Part shown: one piece after another, positions 16,755 to 25,217 of the stretch
How the letters are laid out: every line of letters begins with the position of its first letter
How positions within the stretch are numbered: the stretch's first letter is position 1
Program-made: the position numbers and the translations under genes
Virus record (IMG/VR): IMGVR_UViG_3300037755_000320
Span: 1-31,167 of that record
Length of the DNA: 31,167 nt
Source: a virus
Lineage: Duplodnaviria > Caudoviricetes
Direction: 5' to 3' (one strand)
Notes under the pieces: generated by a model
The model's database searches: none
The model's input: only the letters and a program-made list of their open reading frames with translations
Told to the model about the DNA's origin: nothing

Positions 16755-17666
16755 CTATGCGCCCTGCGACGCGAAGTAGCTGCGGAAGTCGGTCCATCCG
16801 ACGCTGAACCGCATCACCGCCATGTACTTCATGTTCTTGGTATTGAAGTCGTTGTCGCGGTCGAACATCATCTCCTTGCGATTGATGAAGGTCGCGCCGG
16901 CCGGGGCGTTGGTCTTGACGAACCAGTCGTCGACACCGGTCAGATGCGGATTGACGATCGGCTTTTTCTGCATCAACCCCATGTCGCGGATCGCGTTGGT
17001 GGCGTTGTTGGCCGTATCGTTCTGCCGTTCCGACTTCAGCACCCGGACTGCTTCGAACATCAGATCCGGAGGGATCAACAGATCCATGGGCATGAGAGAG
17101 ATCTCAAGCCCGCGGCTGTTGGTCGCCTTGCGGATCTGGATGATCAGGTCCTCAAGCGCCGTTTCGGAAAAGTCCGCACCCGGATTAAGTTCGTTCGACT
17201 GCGTCCCATTCACCGTCGGATGATCGGTGGCGAACCATTCCTTGGCGTCGCCGCCAGGGAAGGCCGAGTCGAAGCCGTTGTTGAAGGCGTTCGCGGCCAC
17301 GATCTGCCTTGTGGTCTCCATCGAGAAGGACAGGCCAGTCGTGCGGCGGCGAGTGACCACCTCGTAAAGGCCGTCCTCCTGCTCCTCCCAGGTGCAGATA
17401 TAGCCGAGGCCATAGACCACATGGGTGTAGCGCTTGATGGTGCCCTGCGATTCGCTGTCGAAGGAGACATCGCCGCCCTGATCCTTCACCGGCGCAAGGC
17501 CGAATCCGGTCAGCTCGACGTCCTCTTCGTAGTTCTTCGTGGACCCCTTGACCTCGAACATCTCGGTATGAAATTTCGGGTGCTTATTGTACTCGCGGCC
17601 CCACCAGCGATAAACGCCTTCCTGTAGGGCTTTGGGGATATTGCCGGTTGTGATAATGCCAGCCAT
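16755..17666 (-). CDS. major capsid protein (HK97 fold, Mu gpT-like family)
   Basis: 303 aa with EE...LTGFG.A..K..G, GD....FATDHP, L.IPP.L.F.A and RFSVGWTDFR motifs. GAGG RBS and downstream terminator. Confidence 0.88.
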   Translation of the reverse strand: MAGIITTGNIPKALQEGVYRWWGREYNKHPKFHTEMFEVKGSTKNYEEDVELTGFGLAPVKDQGGDVSFDSESQGTIKRYTHVVYGLGYICTWEEQEDGLYEVVTRRRTTGLSFSMETTRQIVAANAFNNGFDSAFPGGDAKEWFATDHPTVNGTQSNELNPGADFSETALEDLIIQIRKATNSRGLEISLMPMDLLIPPDLMFEAVRVLKSERQNDTANNATNAIRDMGLMQKKPIVNPHLTGVDDWFVKTNAPAGATFINRKEMMFDRDNDFNTKNMKYMAVMRFSVGWTDFRSYFASQGA

Positions 17667-17678
17667 TGGTGCCTCCTC

Positions 17679-18260
17679 TTAGTTCACGCCAGCGAAGGCA
17701 TCGACGAGCTGGTGATTGTTCAGACGAACAAGCCAGCGGGCGTTTACCCCGAATGCGTTGCGGGGATTGCGGTCGAGGCCGTAGAGCACGACGTCGTCCG
17801 TTGCCGTCTGGCCAACATTCGATGAATCCAACTCAAGGGTCGAATAGCCGGTGGTGGTGTCGGGCGTTGCGAAGCCGGTCAACAAGCACGTCGAAGAGAC
17901 GTCGGTCGCCGCGAGAGCGCCGCCAACGCTGTCTTCCTGGACGGAGAACAGCAGCTGCGGATCGTCCGCCACCAGCACGTAGCGCTCGGTGTCGTCGGCC
18001 CGGTAGACCAGCGAGTCCGCCGTCACCGGCTCAACAGCAATGATCACGCCGATCACTGCATCACCTGTGGAGACGTTGCCGGTTACCGACGCGACGCCAT
18101 CAGCGTCAGCGCTGCCCGCCAGCTTGACGAGGTCGCCAAGCCCATAGTCGCCGTCGGAGTCGGTCGAGGGGATGTAATACCTCCCGCACTTTCCGGTCCA
18201 CGCGGCGCCATTGAGATACCGACGCGGCCACAGGCCGTTCGGTGCATCAACATTTGCCAT
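17679..18260 (-). CDS. capsid cement/decoration protein
   Basis: MANVDAP.GL.P N-terminus and V.DDP...F..Q motif. Immediately upstream of the MCP. Confidence 0.65.
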   Translation of the reverse strand: MANVDAPNGLWPRRYLNGAAWTGKCGRYYIPSTDSDGDYGLGDLVKLAGSADADGVASVTGNVSTGDAVIGVIIAVEPVTADSLVYRADDTERYVLVADDPQLLFSVQEDSVGGALAATDVSSTCLLTGFATPDTTTGYSTLELDSSNVGQTATDDVVLYGLDRNPRNAFGVNARWLVRLNNHQLVDAFAGVN

Positions 18261-18307
18261 TTTGGATAAGTCCTAGGTTGGATAGCGCAGGCCTCAAAAG
18301 GCGCGCT

Positions 18308-18847
18308 TTAGGGTGTGTAATCACCGTGGCTGATCCGGATGCCGACGTCGGGCACATAGGCCTGGTCGGCGTGGATCGGCTCACCGTCCTTCGCGGCGGT
18401 CTTGCCGCGCTTGATCGCATCCATCGTCTTCTGGCGCTCGGCGCGCTTTTCGATCATGTCTTCCTTGTGGAAATCGATAGGTTTGCGCACCAGGAAATGG
18501 CGCACGGGATTGCCGAACTGGTCGACGCCGGCATGGCGCTCGATGCGCGTGCCCAGCCCCGTATTGCGGCCGTCGCCGGCCGTCTCCTTGTCGGTGACGA
18601 AATCATAATCGTCGTTCACGGTCAGCTCTTCGACGCGGCCGGGCCGGTCGGCGAGCCAGTAATAGCGGTAGTTAGGATCGTTCTCCAGATGTGGAGGGAT
18701 CGTCAGTTTCAGCCGCGATTTGAACCCCATGCCCTTGCGGCGGCGGCGTTCGCGGGTTGCGGCCTCCGCGCGTGGATGCACGGTCTGTTCCACAGGCTTT
18801 TGCGCGGCTGGGCGCGCTGGTTTGCGGCGTGCTGATGCAGCCATCAT
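18308..18847 (-). CDS. conserved phage head-module protein
   Basis: About 179 aa with Y.Y.W..D..GR motif. ATGA overlap with the scaffold gene. Confidence 0.65.
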   Translation of the reverse strand: MMAASARRKPARPAAQKPVEQTVHPRAEAATRERRRRKGMGFKSRLKLTIPPHLENDPNYRYYWLADRPGRVEELTVNDDYDFVTDKETAGDGRNTGLGTRIERHAGVDQFGNPVRHFLVRKPIDFHKEDMIEKRAERQKTMDAIKRGKTAAKDGEPIHADQAYVPDVGIRISHGDYTP

Positions 18848-19773
18848 GATCTCCAATAGGTCTTGGCGGCGTCAGCCTCATCCTTGTAGAGGCCCTCGCC
18901 GATGTGGCGTTTCAGGATCGCTTTCTCTTCGGCCGGAATGTCGCTGAAGCCCTTCTGCCTGCCCTGTCGTGACGGCATGCGGCTTGACCCGTCCAGCTGC
19001 GGCCCGCGCCGTGCCTGGCGATCTTCGCCCTGCTCACGGTCGTTGCCGTTGCCGCGGGGCTTTGCCGTCCTCACCGTGCCGGGCCACGCCTCGTTGATGC
19101 GCTCCTCGACATGGGCGAGATGATCGGCAACCGATGCATTCGGATTGAGCGCCTCGGACTCGGAGAAAAATGCGATCGCGGCCTGCCATTTCGCCGGTGC
19201 GTAGGCGATGGCGGGATTGGCCTTGACCCAAGCGTCTACGGTCGGGTCGGGCTGTTGAGCCTGCCTCTGCGCAGGTTTCTCGGCGAATTCGGCGTCTTCC
19301 TTCGCGAAATCCTCACGGACTTTCGTTTCGATCTCGGTCAGCTCGTCGAACGCATCGACGTCTCCGGCCTCGGTGGCCGCTCTCTGCTGGGCTTTCAGGT
19401 TGGCGAACGTCTGCTCGCGCTGGCGCTTCAGCGCCGTCTGGTTGGCCTTGTCGAGCCGGGCCAGCCGGTCCGCGAAAGCCTGTTGCTGCTGCGCTGCTGT
19501 CGATTTCAGCTCGCTCAGCTCACGGTTCTGCCGGTCGATCGTCTCACGCAGACGCGCCGGTTTCAGCCGGTCGAGGAATTCGTCGGCATCGACCCAGCCG
19601 GATTTGTCCCCCTTCCACTGATCGACTGGCTTCCAGCCATGTCCGCGCGCTTCCTCTTCGGCTTTGGCGCGGGCCTCTACTTCTGCTTCGTCGCCGCCTG
19701 CATCGATTGCTTCTTCATCGGCGCGAACGTCATCCTTCAGCTCTTCAGAGAGCTGTTCGTCGTCCATGGTCAT
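18844..19773 (-). CDS. capsid scaffolding protein
   Basis: Acidic N-terminus, AR..GWKP...W.G....WVDA.EF motif, long coiled coil, W...NP motif. Confidence 0.78.
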   Translation of the reverse strand: MTMDDEQLSEELKDDVRADEEAIDAGGDEAEVEARAKAEEEARGHGWKPVDQWKGDKSGWVDADEFLDRLKPARLRETIDRQNRELSELKSTAAQQQQAFADRLARLDKANQTALKRQREQTFANLKAQQRAATEAGDVDAFDELTEIETKVREDFAKEDAEFAEKPAQRQAQQPDPTVDAWVKANPAIAYAPAKWQAAIAFFSESEALNPNASVADHLAHVEERINEAWPGTVRTAKPRGNGNDREQGEDRQARRGPQLDGSSRMPSRQGRQKGFSDIPAEEKAILKRHIGEGLYKDEADAAKTYWRS

Positions 19774-19783
19774 GTTGGTCTGC

Positions 19784-20134
19784 TCAGTTCAAGGTTGGCG
19801 ATATTTCCGGATAGCGCCGCTTCATCTCGACGGCGACCTGTTCAAGGTTGTCTTCGAGCGGCTCTCCGGGATGCGTGCGCTGCCGCATGAGGTGCACCGA
19901 CTGCGCTTCAAGGCGCAGCGCTTCGTCCTGCAGATACCAGGGGTTCCAGGCGATCCAGTTCTGCACGGTCATCAGGTCGGTCTTGACCGCAGCCTGCGTT
20001 TCGGCAGGCAATGGTTCCGGATGTTTAGGCTGCTCCGGCTGCAGGATGTATTTGCGCCAGACGAACAGAGCGGCGAAACCGCCTGCCATCGACGCGGCGA
20101 ACGCCAGCAACAGGATGAGTGCGTCGGCTGGCAT
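19784..20134 (-). CDS. hypothetical protein with N-terminal TM helix
   Basis: 116 aa, coupled ORF (TAATG). Confidence 0.58.
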   Translation of the reverse strand: MPADALILLLAFAASMAGGFAALFVWRKYILQPEQPKHPEPLPAETQAAVKTDLMTVQNWIAWNPWYLQDEALRLEAQSVHLMRQRTHPGEPLEDNLEQVAVEMKRRYPEISPTLN

Positions 20135-20412
20135 TACGCGCCCTCAGACCACATGCCGAATTCATGGCGCTGCTTGTGATGGGCAGCCCATGCATCTCGG
20201 CCATTCATGATTTCGTTCGGAACCAGGACGATCGTGCAATCGAGTTCACGCGCGATGCGCATTGAATGGACCGAGTTGTCTCTTGAGCAAAAAACGATCA
20301 GATCAGAGGTATCGACGCCCATTTCGCAGGCGACGTCCTCAATTGCGGTTGCAGTCAAATCCGATTGGATGTGGACTTTGCGCAGCGCGCTTGGGCTCAC
20401 ATATCCGCTCAA
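20134..20412 (-). CDS. hypothetical protein, 92 aa
   Basis: TTGA-overlapped ORF that fills the operon. Confidence 0.52.
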   Translation of the reverse strand: MSGYVSPSALRKVHIQSDLTATAIEDVACEMGVDTSDLIVFCSRDNSVHSMRIARELDCTIVLVPNEIMNGRDAWAAHHKQRHEFGMWSEGA

Positions 20413-20768
20413 AACTCGAAGTCCTTGGCGTCGAATGGAAATCCGAGGACAGCGGCCACGTCCTCGTCGTTCATCATCTTGTATATGCGGCCGTCCTTGC
20501 CCTTGACCACCATGCCGGCGTAACGCACGAAAGCGACGCGATCGCCGATGCCTGGGCGAAAGGATGCGTCGTCCGACATGAACGAGAACGCCTCGTCACC
20601 CATGTCGATGATTGTACCCGTCACGCATGCGCTCTGGCGCTGATCGCGTGCCCAGACCGGCACGTAGATGCCGCCAGCCGTGCGCTCGGGCACATCGTCG
20701 GGCAGGATCAACAGCTTGGAATAGACCGGGCGAATATCCGGATCGAGCGGGGTTTCCTCTCTAGCCAT
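20409..20768 (-). CDS. groES: GroES/Cpn10-like co-chaperonin
   Basis: IRPVYSKLLI...ERTAGGIYVP mobile loop, GTIIDMG, GDRVAFVRYAG and MMNDEDVAAV match the Cpn10 pattern. Confidence 0.85.
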   Translation of the reverse strand: MAREETPLDPDIRPVYSKLLILPDDVPERTAGGIYVPVWARDQRQSACVTGTIIDMGDEAFSFMSDDASFRPGIGDRVAFVRYAGMVVKGKDGRIYKMMNDEDVAAVLGFPFDAKDFEF

Positions 20769-21072
20769 TGTCAGCCTGCTCCACTTCCGCCAGCGCTGTG
20801 GCCTCCGGCGTCAAATCCTCGCCCGTCTCGGGCTGTTCAAGGCGTTCAGCCTGATGCCAGTCTCCGCACCAGACGTTGTCGTTCACCGGCGGAAAAAAGC
20901 CGTTGACGATCGGATTGGCGACAGTATGCCCATTAAGCCCTGGCACACGCGGCTGTTGCTGTACGCCGATCAGTAGCGGCGATGGCGCACGCGCTCGACA
21001 TTGGCCGGTGCGGGAGCTTTGTTTCGAGGGGCAGTAAAAGGTGCAGGTTCTACAGGTTTTCTCGTCAGTCAC
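20761..21072 (-). CDS. four-cysteine small phage protein
   Basis: CRTCTFY...GQCR...FPPV....WCGDW. Confidence 0.7.
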   Translation of the reverse strand: MTDEKTCRTCTFYCPSKQSSRTGQCRARAPSPLLIGVQQQPRVPGLNGHTVANPIVNGFFPPVNDNVWCGDWHQAERLEQPETGEDLTPEATALAEVEQADNG

Positions 21073-21075
21073 AGG

Positions 21076-21327
21076 TCACTCCTGTTGGTCTTCCTCAGGG
21101 TTGAGCCACTCATGCAGCTCGTCGAACGTCAGCTCTCTGATCGATTCCAGCGTCTCGTAATGCTCGCGCAGACAGGCGTGGCGCTCTGGCGATAGCGGGC
21201 CGCCCCAGGCCTCGGCGTCGTGCATGGCTTTCGCCGCGTCCATCCGGTCGGCAAGATAGCGGTCGAGGATCAGCTCGGTCAGCGCCTGGCTTCGCCACAG
21301 CTCGAAATCATCGCGGGTGAGTTTCAT
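21076..21327 (-). CDS. conserved small phage protein downstream of portal
   Basis: 83 aa, LT.DDFELW....T pattern. Confidence 0.7.
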   Translation of the reverse strand: MKLTRDDFELWRSQALTELILDRYLADRMDAAKAMHDAEAWGGPLSPERHACLREHYETLESIRELTFDELHEWLNPEEDQQE

Positions 21328-21522
21328 CGGCCGCCATGTTTTGAGCGAACATGAATCTTCTTCTCATCAAAAATTGAGTAATTTCCAGGTAATGTACTTT
21401 CATCTGCATAATAGTCGCCTGTATGCAATGCAGAGCTGTGATCTCTGAACTGAATTCCGGGTATCCGCCAATGCCTGTTCAAAAGCATCGGGCTGTTGTT
21501 TAGCTCTCTCCAGAGCGTTCAT
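21324..21522 (-). pseudogene. AT-rich small ORF pair or frameshifted remnant
   Basis: An ATG overlapping the portal stop opens a 40-aa frame. A second frame (ATG 21488, 54 aa) ends in ATGA overlap with the next gene. Confidence 0.4.
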
Positions 21523-23879
21523 TGCTCGCCGCCGCCTTCAGCGCGATCTACCTTGGCCGCTGTCCGCGCCTCGGTGCGTGTCTTCTCGACCTGTGCCTCG
21601 GTCAGCGCGAGGTTCAACTCGCGGTCGGCATCGACCGCACCGGACGCCATCTCGGCAAATTGCTGTGCAACCTCCTGGCGCAAACCTTCGGTCTCGATCG
21701 CCGTCTTGGCCGCGTCGGCCTGGGCCTTGCCGATCTCGGATTCGGCCCGCCTTCCCTCGATCTGCGCCTCGATCTTCATCTTGTTCGCCGCCGCGATGTC
21801 CTTGACCGCACGAGCGTTCTTGGCGCGCAGCTCGACCTTGACGCTCTCCATCGCGATCGGGTCAGGCCCCTGTTCGGGCAGGATCAGCTTGTCGATGTCC
21901 TCGATCTGGGCAGCCTGGTAGTAGCGTCGCAGCGCTTCTTCACCGTTGACCTTCGGGTGCTCGATCGTGCTCCAGATCACCTGCGCCTTGCCGAGCGCCT
22001 GCATATCCGTGACGGCCGTCGGATCGGCAACTGGCGTAACATTGCGGTCTCTGTGATCGTAATCGGCCTGCATCGATGGCGGCGTGAGCCTTGCCATGAT
22101 CTCGGGCGGGATCTGCAGAGGTTGCTGTTGCTGTTGCATTGCGCCGGGCATTCCTGGCTGTCCCTGGTTGCCCTCGGCCTGCATCGGGGGCTCGCCGCCC
22201 TGCGGGGGCTCCGCGCCGGGCATTCCCGGCTGCTCCATTCCCGGCTGTGGCATTCCCTGCGGTGCGCCGCCCTGTGGGGGCTGCCCATCCATCGGCGGAC
22301 CGCCATTGTGGCCCATCATCGCCTGTTGCTGCAGCTGCTCGACCTGCTGCACGAGCTCCTGATCAGGCTCCCAGTCGATGATCTCGGCATACGCCTCCTC
22401 ATCGGGAAAGCGGCGGTTCAACTCGTAAAGCAGCTCGAACTCGCGCTTGAGCGAACGGAACAGCCGCTTGACGATCGCGGTGAAGACTTTCAGCCCCTGC
22501 TCGATGAGCGCCAAGAGCGTCGTCGGCTGCATGGTGCTGGCGGACTTCTCGCCGGTCAGGATCTCCTGGATCGAGGCAATCTGCTTGCCTGCGTCGAGCA
22601 TCAGCCCGAGAAGCTGGAACAGCACGGGTGACGGTCCCTGGAACTGATGCGGAACGATCGCCTCGCGGATCTTCTGGCCCGGCACGTTGACCACGGTCCA
22701 CTCATTGAGCGACACGGTGATCTTGGATTTCTTGACGTTCAGCCCGGAGCCGATAAAGCCGCCGCCCTTGTTCTGCAGCGTGGCCGCATCCATCATCGCG
22801 TTGAGCGAGGAATTGATCGTCTCGCCGATCGACTTGAGCAGCCGTCCGAAACCGACGCCGTAATAGCCGCCGTTCGGATCGGGAATGAACGGGAAGCCGA
22901 CAAAATACTGGTAGCGCGGCAGCTTGGCCAGCTCGCCATGCCGGTTCAGCCGGGCGTTCTCCAGATCGTAATTGGCCTGCAGGCGAACGAGCTTGCCGGA
23001 TGATTTATGCACTGTGGCGATCCACGGCTCGGCCAGGCCGTCGCCATCCAGATCCCAGTTGCGGTACTGCACGAGGAACAGATGCGGCGCATCCTCGTCG
23101 GTCTGCGCGCGGTTGGCGTCCTTGTCTGCCTCATCGGCCTGCTCGGCGCCAGCAGCGGCATATTCGAACGGGATGAAGGCTTCGTCCCTGATGCGCTCCT
23201 CGATCTCGTACGGGTAAAGCTCCATCTCTTCGGTGGCGCGCGGCACGCGGCGGATGTCCTTCGTGTTCTGATGAACGACGAGGTTCATTGCACTGACGAA
23301 TTCGGACAGGTTCTCGCGGGACTCGTGGTTACGGTAGACCTTCTTGAAGCCGTGCCCGAGGATCGGCAGCTGGTGGAGCATGACATCGAGGTCGCTTTCC
23401 CAGCCGTCCTGCTCCTCAAGCAGCTGGTACGACATATGCATGCCGATGCGGTCGGCGCGTTCCTGCTTCAGGCCATAAGGGTCAGGGCCTATCGTCTTTA
23501 CACGGACAACCTTGTCGCCCTGCACGATCGCCGGGTAGGACCGCGCGCCGAACTGCAGAGCAGCCGTCGTCAGCAGCGGGAACTTGATGTTCGCCGCGCC
23601 TGGGAACGGATGCGCCTTCGGCTCAGTCTTCTGCAGCACGGCATCCATCGCCGAGCGCGCCTCGTCTTCCCAGTCCGACCGCGACGACTTATCGATCTGG
23701 TATTCCTCGATGACGCGATCAGCGATGCGGCCCAGCTCGGATTCGTCGATCTCGAAGGCGACGTTAGGCATTTCGACCCAGGCGGCGAGCTGCTCGATCG
23801 GGTTTGGCGGTTGACCTTCGTCAAGCGGCTGCTGCTCCGGCTCCTCGCCGTCGAACGGGATCAGTTCAGCGGTGGACAT
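21519..23879 (-). CDS. portal protein (podovirus type)
   Basis: 786 aa with D..SRSDWE, PFPGAANIKFPLL..AA.QF.A, FKKVY, YYG.G and PSPVLFQLL motifs. Lies between terminase and scaffold. Confidence 0.92.
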   Translation of the reverse strand: MSTAELIPFDGEEPEQQPLDEGQPPNPIEQLAAWVEMPNVAFEIDESELGRIADRVIEEYQIDKSSRSDWEDEARSAMDAVLQKTEPKAHPFPGAANIKFPLLTTAALQFGARSYPAIVQGDKVVRVKTIGPDPYGLKQERADRIGMHMSYQLLEEQDGWESDLDVMLHQLPILGHGFKKVYRNHESRENLSEFVSAMNLVVHQNTKDIRRVPRATEEMELYPYEIEERIRDEAFIPFEYAAAGAEQADEADKDANRAQTDEDAPHLFLVQYRNWDLDGDGLAEPWIATVHKSSGKLVRLQANYDLENARLNRHGELAKLPRYQYFVGFPFIPDPNGGYYGVGFGRLLKSIGETINSSLNAMMDAATLQNKGGGFIGSGLNVKKSKITVSLNEWTVVNVPGQKIREAIVPHQFQGPSPVLFQLLGLMLDAGKQIASIQEILTGEKSASTMQPTTLLALIEQGLKVFTAIVKRLFRSLKREFELLYELNRRFPDEEAYAEIIDWEPDQELVQQVEQLQQQAMMGHNGGPPMDGQPPQGGAPQGMPQPGMEQPGMPGAEPPQGGEPPMQAEGNQGQPGMPGAMQQQQQPLQIPPEIMARLTPPSMQADYDHRDRNVTPVADPTAVTDMQALGKAQVIWSTIEHPKVNGEEALRRYYQAAQIEDIDKLILPEQGPDPIAMESVKVELRAKNARAVKDIAAANKMKIEAQIEGRRAESEIGKAQADAAKTAIETEGLRQEVAQQFAEMASGAVDADRELNLALTEAQVEKTRTEARTAAKVDRAEGGGEQ

Positions 23880-23882
23880 CGG

Positions 23883-24176
23883 CTAGACGACAATCCAGTC
23901 ATCAGCCAACAGATCGGCCTGAGATGCCAGCCAACCAGGCTGCCATTCCTTCTGCGCCGTATACATAGCGACGTATGGACGGCAGTTCAGCGGCTGGTCC
24001 TCGCCGATCCACTTGGCCGTTCTGTCGTTAACCTTACGCTCGGTGCCTTGTGTGTTGTATGGCGGCAACCTCAGCTCGGGCATGAGCACAATGAACATGT
24101 CCTTGCCATTCCAGCCGGATCGGCTGACACGCTTGCCCGCCTTCAGATCAATCAACGCCTGCGAAAAATCCATCAT
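23883..24176 (-). CDS. DUF2829 / Tad2-like (Thoeris anti-defence sponge family) protein
   Basis: MDFSQAL..LK.GKRV.R.GWNGK.MF ... W..SQ.D.LA.DW hallmark motifs. TGATG-coupled to the terminase nuclease gene. Confidence 0.85.
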   Translation of the reverse strand: MMDFSQALIDLKAGKRVSRSGWNGKDMFIVLMPELRLPPYNTQGTERKVNDRTAKWIGEDQPLNCRPYVAMYTAQKEWQPGWLASQADLLADDWIVV

Positions 24177-24910
24177 CAATACCCCGTCACGCTGGACCGC
24201 CCGTCATTGCGCGGCATCTCGATTTCGTCCTCATCGAACGGCTCGGTCATCGCATGTTGCATCCCGGTCATGATCAGATATCGGGTCGCGTCCATTGCGT
24301 GATCGTTTTCCTTGACAACCTTGCCGTTCTCGTCGCGCCGGTAGATCCGGAACTCGCGTATCCAGTTGACGAGCGTCGAGAACACCTTGAGGCGGCCCGA
24401 TGCCATGCGGCGATAGCAAGCGAGAATGCCAGCCTCGACGCTGTTGTCTGCCTCGACCAGGTTCATGCGCAACTCGCGGTAGACATCCAGCAGCTTGCGC
24501 CCGTCCAACTGGCTTGATCCTGCCGACGCCGGGTCGATCGCGCCCCACATCCAGTCACCGCGCTGCCGGATTGCATCGGCATGTACCTGCGGCGGTTGCT
24601 GGCCCATATAATGTTCAGACGTCAGATAGACGGTATTGCTGTCCCTGTCCCATGCGCCCCAGATCGCCGCCGTCGTCTTCCATCCCACGTCCATCCCAAA
24701 GGCGCGCGGCCAGTGCGGCGGGATCTCGATCGGCGAAATGATCAGGTCGCGCTCGTCGACCGGATAGATGCGCCCAGCGCCCAGCATCGGCACGCCTTTG
24801 GCGCGCGCATCACGCTCATGCGGCGGGAAGGCTTCGAGCATTTCGATCTGCTGTTGCTCCGAGAGGTGCGGGACGTCTGACCAGCCTATCTGGATTGCGA
24901 AGCGGGACAT
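24176..24910 (-). CDS. terL: terminase large subunit, C-terminal half (lid end plus RNase H-like nuclease)
   Basis: HERDARAKGVP.LG.GRI, GMDVGW, NSVEAGI and EFRIYRRDENGKVVKENDHAMDATRY closely parallel the P22 gp2 C-half. Confidence 0.9.
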   Translation of the reverse strand: MSRFAIQIGWSDVPHLSEQQQIEMLEAFPPHERDARAKGVPMLGAGRIYPVDERDLIISPIEIPPHWPRAFGMDVGWKTTAAIWGAWDRDSNTVYLTSEHYMGQQPPQVHADAIRQRGDWMWGAIDPASAGSSQLDGRKLLDVYRELRMNLVEADNSVEAGILACYRRMASGRLKVFSTLVNWIREFRIYRRDENGKVVKENDHAMDATRYLIMTGMQHAMTEPFDEDEIEMPRNDGRSSVTGY

Positions 24911-25061
24911 TGCCTGGGTTGCGGGCCTTCCACCCGCTTGCGGCTACCACTCTGTTGGGTGGCGGGGCCGTGCTCTTGCCCGCGCTTCGGGGTATCGGTC
25001 TGCTGTTCGTATGATGCGATCGCGCGACCGCAAGGTGTGCTGTCGAAAACGGAACTCATAA

Positions 25062-25217
25062 CTAGAAGCGAACGGTCCTTGTTTTTAGACCAATGGCGAA
25101 GCGGCGGCCCTCATTTTTGGGGCGATACTTCGGGCCGAAATAGCTGAGCGAGTAGCCAAATGCTCTCAGCGTCCAGCCGCTTGGATCAACATTCGGGTAA
25201 CACATTAACGAGATCAT
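25062..25217 (-). CDS. 51-aa ORF inserted between the terminase halves (not in ORF track)
   Basis: ATGA overlap with the ATPase-half stop. MISLMCYPNVDPSGWTLRAFGYSLSYFGPKYRPKNEGRRFAIGLKTRTVRF. Confidence 0.5.
   Translation of the reverse strand: MISLMCYPNVDPSGWTLRAFGYSLSYFGPKYRPKNEGRRFAIGLKTRTVRF

Noticed and set aside
21522-24302. Long plus-strand ORFs (369 aa, 431 aa) and similar ones opposite the capsid, scaffold and primase genes
   Set aside because: Typical antisense open frames of high-GC coding DNA, with no motifs.
24911-25213. Group I/II intron or intein in terL
   Set aside because: No recognisable P7 (R/S) motifs, domain V or homing endonuclease. In-frame stops exclude an intein. 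A covariance-model scan is needed to exclude a divergent intron.
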